Source of the DNA: Mobula hypostoma
Lineage: Eukaryota
NCBI RefSeq assembly: GCF_963921235.1
Contig: NC_086108.1
Location: 24,738,001 to 24,802,000 of the forward strand
Direction of reading: 5' to 3'
DNA length: 64,000 bases
Shown here piece after piece: positions 12,890 to 26,282 of this stretch. The stretch's first letter is position 1. Each line of letters begins with the position of its first letter. The translations under genes and the position numbers were made by a program. The notes beneath the pieces are model-generated. The model did no database searches. It was not told the origin of the DNA and worked only from the letters and a program-made list of their open reading frames with translations.

Positions 12890-14299
12890 TATGTGGTAGA
12901 GTGGTATCTACAACCAAATTCCAAGCAAAAACATTTCAATTTCTTCACCGTTAATGTAACTACAATCTTTATAATGGGGATTTTTGACAGGGATTATGAA
13001 GGAGGGAACACGTCCAGTCTAACATTATTCCTATATGTTTGACAAGAGACCATAGGTGCTAATTCATTTGGTTAACAGACAACCTTCTTCAGCAAGGCTC
13101 ATTTGCTAATGAATAATTAAATCTTTACAGTGCATGCACAGGTTTAACATCCTACTGGAAACAAATGATTGACCATAAAATACCAAAACTTGCAAGAAAG
13201 GTTCTCTGTTTGAATTTGCAACCGAGATGCAGATAGAATAATATGAAAGCCAGCCAATTGAAGAGAGCTGACATACCCTTCATAGAGCTGCAGATGATAA
13301 AGGCAAGGAGAAAGCAGACTTTTTTTTTGCAATTGCCATTAAGTTCAATTAATGTTTTTAATTATCAAGCAGCTTATATCTTTGGTTAATTATGTTTACA
13401 AATCTTAATACCAGCATAACATTCTTCATTTCATTTTGAGAAAGCAAACAGCTTTGACAGTTGCCAAAGCTATCAGGAGAGTTTATGGCTGGGGCTGCCT
13501 TATTGTGTCATTCAAGGCCCTAACATTTTTCTGGTCACCTTTGCTGAATGTTTTGAGCCTGCAAAAAGCCTACTACACAGCAGACAAAATAGGTTTTAAC
13601 TTTAGATTACATCTTCCAAGAGGTCATGAATGTCAAATGCTCCAGTGGAAATATTTTGAAATCCTAGTAACGCCCAAAATTATGGCACAACTCATTAGGC
13701 TGGGCAACATTCATGGAGGGAATTGGACAGTTGACATTTCAGGCTGAGAACTTAATCAGGACTAGGCTATGTTGTACTGTTCATTCTTTCATCACCTGAT
13801 GTCTCTGAGTAAAACCATCTGTCAGTTGAGAAGCTGATGCTGGATTTGGTGAAAGTATGCATAGAGATTGGCTAACAGACAGAAAACTTGTGATGTATTA
13901 TACTATACAGTATGAAAGTTTTCTGAAATTTTTCAGAACACACATTAGATAATCTAGGGGTTTATCCTAACTTCTAAATGGCAGATTATATGTAAATACA
14001 CAAAATAAGTTAACACTGTTCTTGACCTCTCCCCAGTTTCACAATATCTTGAAAATTCATTTTGATACTTGGGTAAGATTCCAGATGACATCAGTACCAA
14101 TGGAATAAAAATTCACCAGGAGTTGCTTTAAAAAAAGGGAGCAAAAGAAACTTGAAAGGCAGAAGTTGTTAAAAAACATACATATTCAGCTTTTTATGAC
14201 CGAGGTTTGTGATGAAGCCTATTCATCTATGAATTCTTGCATGTGTTAAATCGTAACGCATGAGCAAGGTCAAACAAAACACACTAGTGCAATCTTCTT

Positions 14300-14555
14300 A
14301 TAATGTGGAGTGGTCGGAGTTCAGTGTTCAATTCCAGCACCATCAGGAACGAGTTTATACATTCTTCATGTAACCACGAGGGTTTCCTCTGGGTGCTCCA
14401 ACTTCCTCCCGAAGTCCAAAGACATGTCAGTTGATTGGTCGTTATAAATTGTTCCATGATTAGACCAGTGCTAAATAGGTGGTTTGATGGGAGATGCAGC
14501 TGCTTAGGCCAGAAGGGGCTGTTCTGTGCTGTATCTCAAAAATAGATAAATAAAT
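14300..14555 (+). mobile_element. V-SINE-like tRNA-derived SINE (decayed)
   Basis: B-box-like gttcaattcc followed by V-domain-like gggtttcctctgggtgctccaacttcctccc; A-rich tail aaaatagataaataaa. Confidence 0.65.
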
Positions 14556-15019
14556 GAGCAGACTTTTAAGACCATCTGTGTGAGTTACTTTGTCCCAGCA
14601 AAGGTATCAGGAAAACATCATATGCAGATGATATAGATGATGTCAGCTAGTAGAGAAGTGTATGCATATTGGAAAGTGGGGGATGGGGGCAGAATTGTTA
14701 GGAATGTCAAGGAGCATGACAAAAAGATGGGGTTACAGAAAGAACCGGAATCCATTCTTCAACCTTTGGTTTCTGCAACATATGACTCTTTTTTTTGCAA
14801 ATCACAGACCATCAGTGAAATACATCAAAGTCACCATTGCTCCCCATCACCATACAACTATTTGTTAACGGTTGATATGAATGGAAGAAATACTGTATGT
14901 GAACTACACTTTTTTCCTGCATAGACCAATGTGTGTAACTACAGAATGCTGTGATGTGTCCTATAATACAGGAACTATAAGATGGCCAGAATCAGTGATG
15001 AGCAGATAGCTGGAAATAG

Positions 15020-16482
15020 TTCAGAATCAGAATCAGGTTTATTATCATGTGACATGAAATTTATTAACTTAGCAGCAGTTCGATGCAATACATAATATAG
15101 AAGAAAAAATAAAATAATATTAATATATAAATAAATAAATTTTGTTCTGTATATTTCAAACAGTATACATATATTGAATAATTTAAAAATTGTGCAAAAA
15201 TACAGAAATACTATATATTTAAAAAAATGAGGTAGTGTCTAAGGATTCAGTATCCATTTAAGAATCGGATGGCAGAGGGGAAGAAGCTGTTCCTGAATTG
15301 CTGAATATGTGCCTTCAGGCTTCTGTACCTCCTACCTGATGGTAACAGTGAGAAAAGGTCATGCCCTGGGTGCTGGAGGTCCTTAAAAATGGACGCTGCC
15401 TTTCTGAGACACCGCTCCTTGAAGATGTCCTAGGTACTTCGTAGGCCAGTACCCAAGATGGAGCTGACTAAATTTACAACCCACTGTAGCTTCTTTCGGT
15501 CCTGTGCAGTAGCTCCTCCCATACCAGACGGTGATGCAGCCTGTCAGAATGCTCTCCATGGTACATCTATAGAAGTTTTTGAGTGTATTTGTTGACATGC
15601 CAAATCTCTTCAAGCTCCTAATAAAGTATAGCAGCTGTCTTGTCTTCTTTATAACTGCATCAATATGTTGAGACCAAGTTAGATCCTCAGAGATCTTGAC
15701 ACCCAGGAACTTGAAACTGCTCACTCTCTCCATTTCTGATCCCTCTATGAGGATTGGTGTGTGTTCCTTCATCATACGCTTCCAGAAGTCCACAATCAGA
15801 TCTTTCGTCCTTCTGACCTTGAGTGCCAGGTTGCTGCTGTGGCACCATTCCACTAGTTGGCATATCTCACTCCTGTATGCTCTCTCGTCACCACCTGAGA
15901 TTCTACCAACAATGGTTGTATCATCTGCAAATTTATAGATGGTATTTGAGCTATGACTAGCCACACAGTCATGTGTATATAGAGAGTAGAGCGGTGGGCT
16001 AAGCACACACCCCTGAGGTGCACCAGTGTTGATCGCCAGCGAGGAGGAGATGTTATCACCGATCCACAGAGGTTGTTGTCTTCCAGTTAGGAAGTTGAAG
16101 GTCCATTTGCAGAGGGAGGTACAGAGGCCAAGGTTCTGCAACTTCTCAATCAGGATTGTGGAAATGATGGTATAAAATGCTGAGCTACAGTCGATGAACA
16201 GCATCCTAACATAAGTGTTTGTGTTGTCCAGGTGGTCTAAAGCCAGGTGGAGAGCCATGAAGACTGCATCTGCCATTGACCTATTGTGGCGATAGGCAAA
16301 TTACAACGGGTCCAGGTCCTTGCTGAGGCAGGAGTTCAGTCTACACATGACCAACTTCTCAAAGCATTTCATCACTGTAGATGTGAGTGCTACTGAGTGA
16401 TAGTTATTAAGGCAGTTCACGTTATTCTTCTTAGGCACTGGTATAATTGTTGTCTTTTTGAAGCAATTGGGAACCTCTGCAT
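15020..16482 (-). mobile_element. Rex1/Babar non-LTR retrotransposon, 5'-truncated
   Basis: ORF 15383-16276 with [10 protein letters not shown] and KFADDT; upstream LDPL and IIPVPKK motifs. (CTGATT)n tail near 15022-15037. Confidence 0.9.
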
Positions 16483-17075
16483 CAAAAGGACAGGCAGGTA
16501 GGCAGACCAGCAGGTTGGCTCTGTTGGTAAAAGCTGAAATCAAATCCTTAGAAAGAGGTGACACAGGATCAGAAGATGTAAGATACTTGCGGGTAGAATT
16601 CTGAGACTGCAAGTGTAAAAAGATCCTGAAGGGAGCTATGTACATACAGACCACTGGACAGTAGCCAGGATGTGGGATACAAATTACAACGAGCGATAGA
16701 AAAGGGATTTCAACATGTAGATAGATTGAGAAAATCAGGTTGGTGCTGGATCCCAAGGCCTTTGTAGACAGAGGAATTCAAGTATTTTGTATTAGTCTTC
16801 ACTGTGGAAGACACCAGCTGAATGCCAGAAATTCAAGAGTGCCAGGGGTAGAAATGAGTGTTGTTGCGATTACTAAGGAGAAGGTGCTTAGAAAATCACC
16901 TGGGCCCAATTGGTGACACGCCAAGGTTCTGAAAGAAGTAGTTGAAGAAATTCTGGTAGCAATAGAATTTTTCAATCTTTCAAGAGTCACTAGATTCTGG
17001 GATGATTTCAGAAAACTGGAAAATTGTAAATGTCACTCCACTCCGAGGGAGGAAGGCAGAAGAAAGGAAATTATG
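16483..17075 (+). mobile_element. CR1 LINE ORF2 fragments (heavily deleted)
   Basis: Similar to the EN and RT-proximal segments of other CR1 copies here (ggttggctctgttggtaaaa...; gaaaattgtaaatgtcactccac). Confidence 0.7.
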
Positions 17076-20000
17076 CATTCCCGTGCAAGCCTGGTGAAGA
17101 GCTTTAAAGAGCAAAGTTTTTCAACAAGAGTCTTTGGCTGGAGTCCTGTACAGATACAGTAGAAACATTCCCATGCAAATCCAGCGAAGAGATTTAAAAA
17201 CCCAATCTCTATGAAAGAAGGCTATCATCTAGCAGAGCAGGGATCGTGGGAGCAGTCATTGACAGAATAGTCTGAATCAGAGTAGTAAGGTTTTGGCTCC
17301 ACAAAGCTTCGGTGATAACAGGCGGAGGTAAGTTCATTCCTTATTTCTTATTTAACTCTAGAGAGCATAGTGGGTATGTCTACAGGACCAGTATTCTGTC
17401 CTGGGTATCAGATGTGGGATTTCCAGGAGACTAACAGCATCCCTGATAGCCATACCTAGACCAGGTGCTTCAAGATGCAGCACCTTAGCAACCGTGTGAA
17501 GGAACTGGAGCTACAGCTCAATGACCTTCAGCTTGTCAGGGAAAGTAAAGAGGTGATAAACAGAAGCTATAAGAAGGTAGTCACCTCAAGGCCACAGGAG
17601 ACAGATAAATGGGTGACTGTCAAGAGAGGGAAGGGAGAATATCAGAGAGTGGCAACCACCCATGTGGCTATCTCCCCAACAATAAGTACTCCATTTTGAG
17701 TACTGTTGGGGGAGGGGGAAATTAACCCACCTGGGAGAAGCAACAGCGGCTGTGCCTCTGGCACAGAGTCTGGCCCTGTGGCTCAGAAGGATAGGCGACT
17801 AAAGAGAATGACAGCAGTAATAGGGGATTCTACAGTTAGGGGGACCAATATTCTTGCAGGCAGGTTTACTAGAGCTCTTGTAAGTAATATAAACTAATAT
17901 GACAGGGGATGGGAACCAATATGACAGAGTTGGGGATGAGCCAACAGGTTTACAAGTAGATGATGTGAGTAACATAAATGTAAGGAAGAACAAGCCAATG
18001 ATTGGGTACAAATGCAGACAGAGCAATGAGTTAAATTGTATCACAGGGACAAACTTCAAAAGGGCGAAGAATGAAGGACTGAAGGTGCTGTATTTAAATG
18101 CGGATAGCATTCGGAATAAGGTGGACGAACTTGTAGCGCAATTAGAGATTGGTCAGTATGACCTTGTGGGTATCACTGAGTCGTGGCTGAAAGAAGGTCA
18201 TTGTTGGGAGCATAACATCAAAGGGTATACTTTTATCAAAAGGACAGGCAGGAAGGCATAGGCGGTGGTGTGGCTCTGTTGAAAGGAGATGGAATTACAA
18301 CTTTAGAAAGAGGTGACATAGGGTCAGAGAATGCTGAACCTTTGTGAGTGGACTTAAGAAACTGTAAGAGTTAAAAAAAAAACATTATGAGAATCATATA
18401 TAGGCCTCCAAATAGTAGCCAAAATGTGGAGTTGAGATTTGACTGCAATATTGGGAAAATCAGGTTGGTGTCAAATTGCAAGAGAGAGAATTTGTTGAAT
18501 GCATACAAGATGGCTTTTTAGAGCAGTTTGTGCTTGAGCCAACTAGGGGAAAGGCTATATTAGACTAAGTGTTTTATAATAACCCAGATCTTATTAAGGA
18601 GCTTGATATGAAGGAACCCTTAGGAGACAGTGATCATAATATGATTGAATTCATACTCCAATTTGAGAGGGAGTAGCATAAGTCACATCTATCAGTATCA
18701 CAATGGAATAAAGGGAATTACAGAGTCATGAGAGAGGAGCTTGCCCAAGTGGATTGGAGGAGAATACTGGCAGGGATGACAGCAGAGCAGAGATGGCTGA
18801 AGTTTCTGGGAATAGTTCACAAGACGCAGGATAGATATGTCCCACAGAGGAAGAAGTTCCCAAATGGCAGAGGTAGGCAACCATGGTTGACAAAGGAAGT
18901 TAAGGACTACATAAAAGCCAAGGAAAGGATATATAAGGTAGCAAAGTGAGTGGAAAGTTAGATGATTGGGAAGCTTTTAAAATCCAACAAAAAGCAACAA
19001 TAAAATCTGTAAGGGAAAAGATAAAATATGAGGGCAAACTAGCCAATAATATACAGCAGGATACTAAAATTTTTTCAGTTATAGAAAGAGTAAAATAGTC
19101 ATACTTTATTAATCCCAGGGGAAAATGGAGGTGAGAGTGATATTGGTCTACTGGAAATTGATGCTGATGAGGTAGTAATGGTGGACAAAGAAATGGCAGG
19201 TGAACTCAATGAGTACTTTGCATCGGTCTTCACTGAGGAAGACACTAGCAGTGTGCCAGAGGTCCCTGAGTGTCAGAGAGTAGAGTGAGTGTTATTGCTA
19301 TTACAAAGAAAAAAGCGCTAGGCAATCTCAAAAACCTGGACCAGATGAACTACATCCCAGAGTCATGAGAGAAGTTGGTGAAGAGATAACAGATGCATTG
19401 GTAATGATCTTTCAAGAATTACTACATCCTGGCATAGTCCCAGAGGACTGAAAAATTGCAAATGTCACTCTACACTTTAAGATGGAAGTAAGGCAAAAGA
19501 AAGGAAGTTATAAGCCAGTTAGCCTAACCTCTGTGGTTGGGAAAGTGTTGGAGTCTATTATTAAGGATGAGACTTTGGGTACTTTAATTATAAAATGTCA
19601 AAGTGTGCATGGTTTGTGTAAAGGGAAATCTTGCCTGACAGATCTGTTAAGAGTTCTTCAAGGAAGTAACAAGCAGGGTGGGCAAAGGAAAGGTAGTGGA
19701 TGGCATTTACTTGGATTTTCAAAAGGCATTTGATAAGGTGCCAAACATGAAGCTGCTTAACAAGATAAAATCCTATGGCCTTACAGGAAAGGTACTGGCC
19801 TGGACAGAAGAATAGCTGACAGGCAGGCCGCAGCAAGTGGGAATAAAGGGGACCTTTTCTGGGTGTTTGCCAGTGACTAGTGCTGTTTCTCAATGGTCAG
19901 TATTGAGGCCGTTACTTTTCACATTGTCAATGATTTAGATAATGGAATTGATGGCTTTGTGGCAAAGCTTGCAGATTATACAAAGATAGGTGGAGGGGTT

Positions 20001-20729
20001 AGTAGTGCTGAGGAAGCAATGCGTTTGCCGCAGGACTTAGACAAATTGGAAGAATGGGCAACAAAGTGGCAGATGGAATACAGTTTTGGACAATATATGA
20101 TAATGCATATTTAGTAGAAGGAATAATAGTGCAGACTATTACCTAAATGGGGAGACAATTCAAACATCCGAAGTTCAAAGGGAAGTAGGAGTCCTTGTGC
20201 AAGACTCCCAGATGATTAACCTATAGATTGAGTCTGTGGTAAAGAAGGAAAATGCAAGGTTGGCATTTATTTCAATGGGAATAGAATATAAAAATGAGGA
20301 AATAATGCTGAGCCTTTATAAGCACTGGTCAGGCCACACTTGTAGTACTGTCAGCAGTTTTGGGCCCCTCATCTCAGAAAGGATGCATTATCATTGGAGA
20401 GAGTCCTGAGAAGGTTCATGAGGATGATTCTGGGTATGAAAGGGATAGCATACAAGGAGCATTTGGCAGCTTTGGTCGTGTACTCACTGTAATTTCGAAG
20501 ACTGCAGGGGAATCTCATTGAAACCTACCGAATGTTGAAAGGACTAGATTAGGTGGTTGTGGAGAGGATGTTTCCTATGGTGGGGATACCCAGAACTAGA
20601 GGGCACAGCCTCAAAATTGTGGTGAGACCTCTTAGAATAGAGGTAAGGAGGAATTTTTTTATCCAGTGAATAGTGATTCTGTGGAATATGCTGCCACAGG
20701 CAGCAGTGGACGCCAGGTCCATGGGTAGA

Positions 20730-22122
20730 CAGGTGTCCCCCGCTTTTCGAACGTTCGCTTTACGAAACCTCACTGTTACGAAAGACCTACATTAGTTCCC
20801 TGTTTTCGCTAACAGAAGGTGTTTTCACTGTTACGAAAAAAATCAGGGCGCGATAAAAGGCAGCTTAAACACGTGCCTGTGAGCAGCTGTTTACAAGATG
20901 AGTTCTAAGGTATCGGAAAAGCCTGAAAAAGCTCGTAAGGGTGTTACACTTAGCGTAAAACTAGACATAATTAAGCGTTTTGATCGTGGTGAACCAAGTA
21001 AGGACATCGGCCTGAAACGTCGACTGCGCCTCTTCCTATAGATGCTGCCTGGCCTGCTGCGTTCACCAGCAACTTTGATGTGTGTTGCTTGAATTTCCAG
21101 CATCTGCAGAATTCCTGTTGTTTGCAAGTAAGGACAATGTGAGTTTGGCTTGTGGAAGCTGATGAAGATGATGTTGAAGAGGTTTTGGCATCCCATGACC
21201 AAGAACTGATAGATGAAGAGCTGATGCAATTGGAAGAGGAAAGGATAGCAATCGAAACCGAATTCATTAGCGAAATGAACGTGAAGCAATTGCGTGAGTT
21301 TTCGCTGCAATGATAAAGTACGACTTTAATTTTGAAAGGGTATGTAGGTTTAGGGGATATTTGCAGGATGGTTTGAGTGCTTACGAAGAACTGTATGATA
21401 GAAAAATGCGCGAAGCTCAGCAGTCAAGCAAGCCTTCCACATCAGCCACAGCAGATGACGAACCTTGAACTTCGACATCAAGGCGGGCAGTCATAGGAGT
21501 AGTTAGCATGTTTATTTCGGCTTTTTTCTTAAAGATGTGCTGTGTACCTCCTGGCTACCGCTGTACCCCTGCATGCTTCGTGGATTGGTATCGGTTGGTG
21601 GCTCAGAGGGTGGGGACCACTGCACCACCCCAACCTGAGATGACTCAGCCTAACACACCATCATCAGTGTGCTCGGTGCTGTCCTGATTCCAGTAAGTGA
21701 TACTAAACAGTACGTACATTATTTCTACTTTATATCGGCTGTGTATTTTTACGTGTTATTTGGTCTGATTTGGCAGCTTCATAGCTTAAAGATTAATGAA
21801 GAGTGCTTGCGCCGTGTTTTTGCCGATGGCACTTGCGTGAGATTTTCGCTACGGAGAACAGTGCCGACAATGATTGTGGAAAAGTATTTCTACTTTATAT
21901 AGGCTGCCTATTTATCATATCATTCCTGCTTTTACTACATGTTACTGTTATTTTAGGTTTTATGTGTTATTTGGCATGATTTGGTAGGTTATTTTTGGGT
22001 CTGCGAATGCTCACAAAATTTTCCCATATAAATAAACGGTAATTGTTTCTTCGCTATACGACATTTCGGTTTATGAATCGTTTCATAGGAACGCTCTACC
22101 TTTGGATGGCGGGGGAAACTTG
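20730..22122 (+). mobile_element. Tigger/pogo (Tc1-mariner) internally deleted derivative
   Basis: TIRs caggtgtcccccgc / gcgggggaaacttg|ta. CENP-B/psq HTH remnant MSSKVSEKPEKARKGVTLSVKLDIIKRFDRGE and acidic C-terminus DEDDVEEVLASHDQELIDEEL. No DDE domain. Confidence 0.8.
21007..21124 (+). mobile_element. Short 5'-truncated PLE-end insertion
   Basis: 12-bp TSD caagtaaggaca (20995-21006 / 21125-21136). Near-identical to 6417-6506. Confidence 0.9.
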
Positions 22123-22288
22123 TATCTAAAGCAGATGTTGTTTCTTAATCAGTCAGGGCATCAAAGGATATGGCAAAAAGGAAGGTGCATGGGGTTGAGT
22201 GGGATCCTCGATCAGCCATGATGGAATGGTGGAGCAGAAATGATGGGCTGAATGGCCTAATCTGCTCCTATGTCTTATGGTCTTATAA

Positions 22289-23395
22289 GCCAGTTAGCCT
22301 GACTTCAGGGGTTGGGAAGCTGTTGGAGATAATTGTTAAGGATGTGGTTTCAGGGTATTTGGAGGCACTTCATAAAATAGACCAAAGTTAGAATGGTTTC
22401 CTTGGGAAGAAATCTTTCCTGATAAATCTGTTGGCATTCTTTGAGGGAACTACAAGCAGGATGGATAAAGGAGATTTAGTGGTTATTGTTTATCTGGCTT
22501 TCAGAAGGCCTTCAACAAGTGCCACACATGTAGCTATGAAATAAGATAAAAGCCCATGATATTACAGGGAAGATACTAGCATGGATGGAAGATTAGCTGA
22601 TTGGCAGGAGGCAAAGAGTGGGAATAAAGGGAGCCTTTTTTGGTTGGCTGCCTATGATTAGTGGTATCCCACAGGGATTAGTGTTAGAACTGCTTCTCTT
22701 CACATTATATATTAGTGACTGGGGTGATAAATTTGGCCAAGTTTGCAAACAATAGGATGATTGGTGAAGGGAAAAGTGCTGGTGAGGAAAAACTTAAGAC
22801 AGATTAGGAGAATGGCAAAGAAGGACTGCGGTGTAGGGCATTGTACGTTCATGCACTTTGGTAGGAGGAATAAAGCTGTAGAATACTTTCTAAATGAGGA
22901 GCAAATTCATATATCAGAGGTGCAAAGGGACTTGGGACCCCTTGTGCAGGTTATGTTGATGGTAAGGAAGTCAAATGTAATGTTAGCATTCAATTTGAGA
23001 GGACTAACATATAAAAGCAAGGATGTAATGCTAAGGTTTTATGTGGCATTGTTCAGACTGCACTTTGAGTATTGTCAGCAGTTTTGGGACCCTTATCTGA
23101 GAAAGAATGTGCTGGCATTATAGAAGGTCCAGGGGAGGTTCACAAGAGTAACTCCAGGAATGAAGGGGTTAATGTATGAAGAGTGTTGATGACCTTGTGC
23201 CTGTACCTACTGCAGCCGAGTCACTGCATATAGTTAAGTTAGAGGTTGATAGGTTCTTGATTAGTAAGAGTGTCAAAGGTTATGGGGAGAAAGTGAGAGA
23301 ATGGTGTTGAGAGGGGGTAAGAAATCAGTGTTGGTGGAATGGCAGAGCAGACTGACATAATTCTACTCCTATGCCTTGTGGTCTTTTGGTCTTAA
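22289..23395 (+). mobile_element. CR1 LINE, 5'-truncated, decayed
   Basis: YKPVSLTSGVGKLLE, MHFGRRNK, EYCQQFWDPYLRK; CR1 3' tail. Confidence 0.85.
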
Positions 23396-25073
23396 GGACA
23401 TTGCCATAGATGTTTGTAGATGCTTTGAATGTGATTTGTTGTTCTGTTAGTCTGAGGTTCACAAGACCATAGATGGGGGCCAGAGCCGGGACAGACACAA
23501 GCACCTGTACACAACAAATCTAAAAAGCACTTGATTGACATAGCGTACGATATAGAGACATTTGACCGGGTTTTGCCACAGCATAGGATTTGTGTCAGTA
23601 GAATAGCACAACATAAAATGGGAAAACACTACTTTGCCCTACAAACTAATGTAATTATGACTGTTCTTCCCAAATGTTCAATTGTATGTGAGTTCAGCAG
23701 AGACCGCAATTCCCTGATTTTTCAGGAAGAAAAATCTACCTCTTCTGTAAACATCATCATTGGTCAAGCCGGTACATCATTCTGAGGTAGATTTCACCAG
23801 CCAACGTGAGAAGAAATTTCTGCATACCTTAGTTTTTAAGCAAACATTCTTAACTTTACAGTTACATCCCTCATTTGAGGTTCACCCACTAGTCATCCTC
23901 TCTTGGAATCTCAAGTTTCAAAAGGATCATTCCTCATTCTTCTAAAATGATGAATAACAAACTTTCAGGTCAATTTGCATATGCCTGTTCCCTGCTTTCA
24001 TCTGGAATAAACTGGTACTTTGCAACCAGGCCCTTTAATCCAACTTGGAACCATATCAGCCAGTCAAGTTAGCTCACCATGTTGATCATCTCTAACAGCT
24101 TCCATTAAACTTTAGCCCAAAACTCAAAGGAACTGCAGCAGTTAGCTACAAAGGTTTCAAGCAAATGCAACTGCTTTTGTTTGAAACGTAGATGCATAGA
24201 TTTTGCAACCTCAAGTAACACCATGAAAGCGTGTTTCTAGCACTTTGTAAACAAGGTTATTTACACCAGCAGTTAATCCCTCTGAAAGATTTTCCATAAA
24301 CTGATTTGCATAAACTAATTAAGGTTTATAATCTTCATCTGTCTTTTTGCCTTAATTTTTGAACTCCAACCTTCTGTTCCACAAAAGCCATTCCCCTCTA
24401 ACTTATCTACAACATCAACACTGAATGGAAAGCCATTCAATTACTGTTTGTGCAGGTATTAAATTTTTTGAAAGGGTAATATCACCCATTATTTGAAAGG
24501 ATTTTATTAGGTCACAGAGCGTGGATCACAATTTTATCTATGGGGGACATCACCAAAGATTATTCTGAGTACCATATGAAGCTAAGAGTTTCATACTCGC
24601 AGACATAACCTGACATTGCTCCATTATACTTCTGCTGTTAGTTTCTCAATCCCATAAGAGTACTTGTAAATTCTTCTTCACTGCTCATTTTTAGCCAAAG
24701 GAGAAAACATTCTGCAAAATTATAATTGTGAGAGGATGATTTAATAAAGCTGAAAATACTTCCAAAGAAAATGGTTTTCAGTAAGTTTCAGCACTTTCTC
24801 TGACTTAAGAGAAAATCAGAATCAGTAAATGGTCATTCATTACCAAAGAAATTAAGTATGATGTTAACACACTTAACACTCTTACATCTAATGTTCTCAA
24901 CATTTATTGTTTATTTATTTGTTATTATTATTTATTTCTTTTTGTATTTACAGTTTGTTGTTACTTGTACACTGGTTGAATGCCCAGGTTAGTGCGGTCT
25001 TTCACTGATTCTGTTTTAGTTATTATTCTATGGATTTATTGTGTATGTTCTCAAGACGTTGAACCTCAGTGCT

Positions 25074-26240
25074 GCAACACACACAAAATGCTGGAGGAAC
25101 TCAGCAGGCCAGGCAGCATCTATGGAAAAAAATACAGTCGATGTTTCAAGTAGAGACCCTTCATCAGGACTGCAGTAAAAAAAGATGAAGAGTCAGAGTT
25201 AGAAGGTGGGGAGAGGGGAGAACGAACCACAAGTTGAAAGGTGAAACCAGGAAGTAAGGGGAGTGGTGAAGTAAAGAGCTTGGAAGTTGATTGGTTAAAG
25301 AGATACAGGGCTGGAGAAGGGGGAGTCTCATAGGAGAGGACAAAGGCCATGGAAGAAAGAAAAGGGAGAGGAGCACCAGAGGAAGGTGATGGGCAGGCAA
25401 GGAGATGAGAGAGTGAAAAGGGAAGGGGAATAGTGGGGGGGGGGGTGCGGGTATTACCGGAAGTTCAAGAAATTGATGTTCATGCCATCAGGTTGGAAGC
25501 TACCTGGATGGAATACTGTATAAGGTGTTTCTCCTCCAACCTGAGTGTGGCCAAATTGCAACAGTAGAGGAGCGAGGAATCAGTGTTCATGCCATCAAGT
25601 CGGAGGTTATCCAGATGAAATATAAGGTATTGCCACCCAGACAGAATATAAGGTGTTGCTTATCCATATCCATACAGAATATAAGGAGTTGCTTACCCGG
25701 ACAAAATACTTTACAGTCGCGATGAGGCCACACTCAGGTTGGAGGATCAATACCTTATATTATGTCTGGGTAGCCTCCAACTTGATGGCATGAACATTGG
25801 TTTCTTGAACATCCGGTAAAGCTCCCTGGCCACCCTTCATAATTCCCCATCCCCGTTTCCCTCTCTCACCTTATCTCCTTACCTGCCCATCACCTCCCTC
25901 TGATGCACCTCCCATTTTCTTTCTTCCATGGCATTCTGTCCTCTCCTATCAGATTCCCCCTTCTTCAGCCCTGTATCTCTTTAACCAATCAGCTTCCCAG
26001 CTCTTTACTTCACCCCTCCTCCTCCCAGTTTCACCTATCACCTTGTGTTTCTTTCTCCCCTTTCCCCCCTTCTAACACTGACTCCTCAGCTTTCTCCCTC
26101 CAGTCCTAATGAAGGGTCTCAGCCTGAAACGTTGACTGTTTACTCTTTCCCATAGATGCTGCCTGGCCTGCTGAGTTCCTCCAGCATTTTGTGTGTGTTG
26201 CTTGGATTTCCAGCATCTGCAGATTTTCTTGTGTTTGTGA
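25074..26240. mobile_element. Inverted pair of PLE 3' ends, each with a hammerhead motif
   Basis: 25074-25560 and 25720-26240 are reverse complements. Hammerhead-like cores at 25136-25172 (-) and 26101-26138 (+). Confidence 0.85.
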
Positions 26241-26282
26241 TCATACCTTAGGGTTATATATGGTGACATATATGTACTTTGA

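Larger units (their letters stand above)
17076..22288 (+). mobile_element. Near full-length decayed CR1 LINE (ORF1 zinc finger/leucine zipper + partial esterase; ORF2 EN-RT), split by a Tigger-like element
   Basis: [67 protein letters not shown]1 3' end tgggctgaatggcctaatctgctcctatgtcttatggtcttat. Sequence resumes at 22123 after the insertion. Confidence 0.9.
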
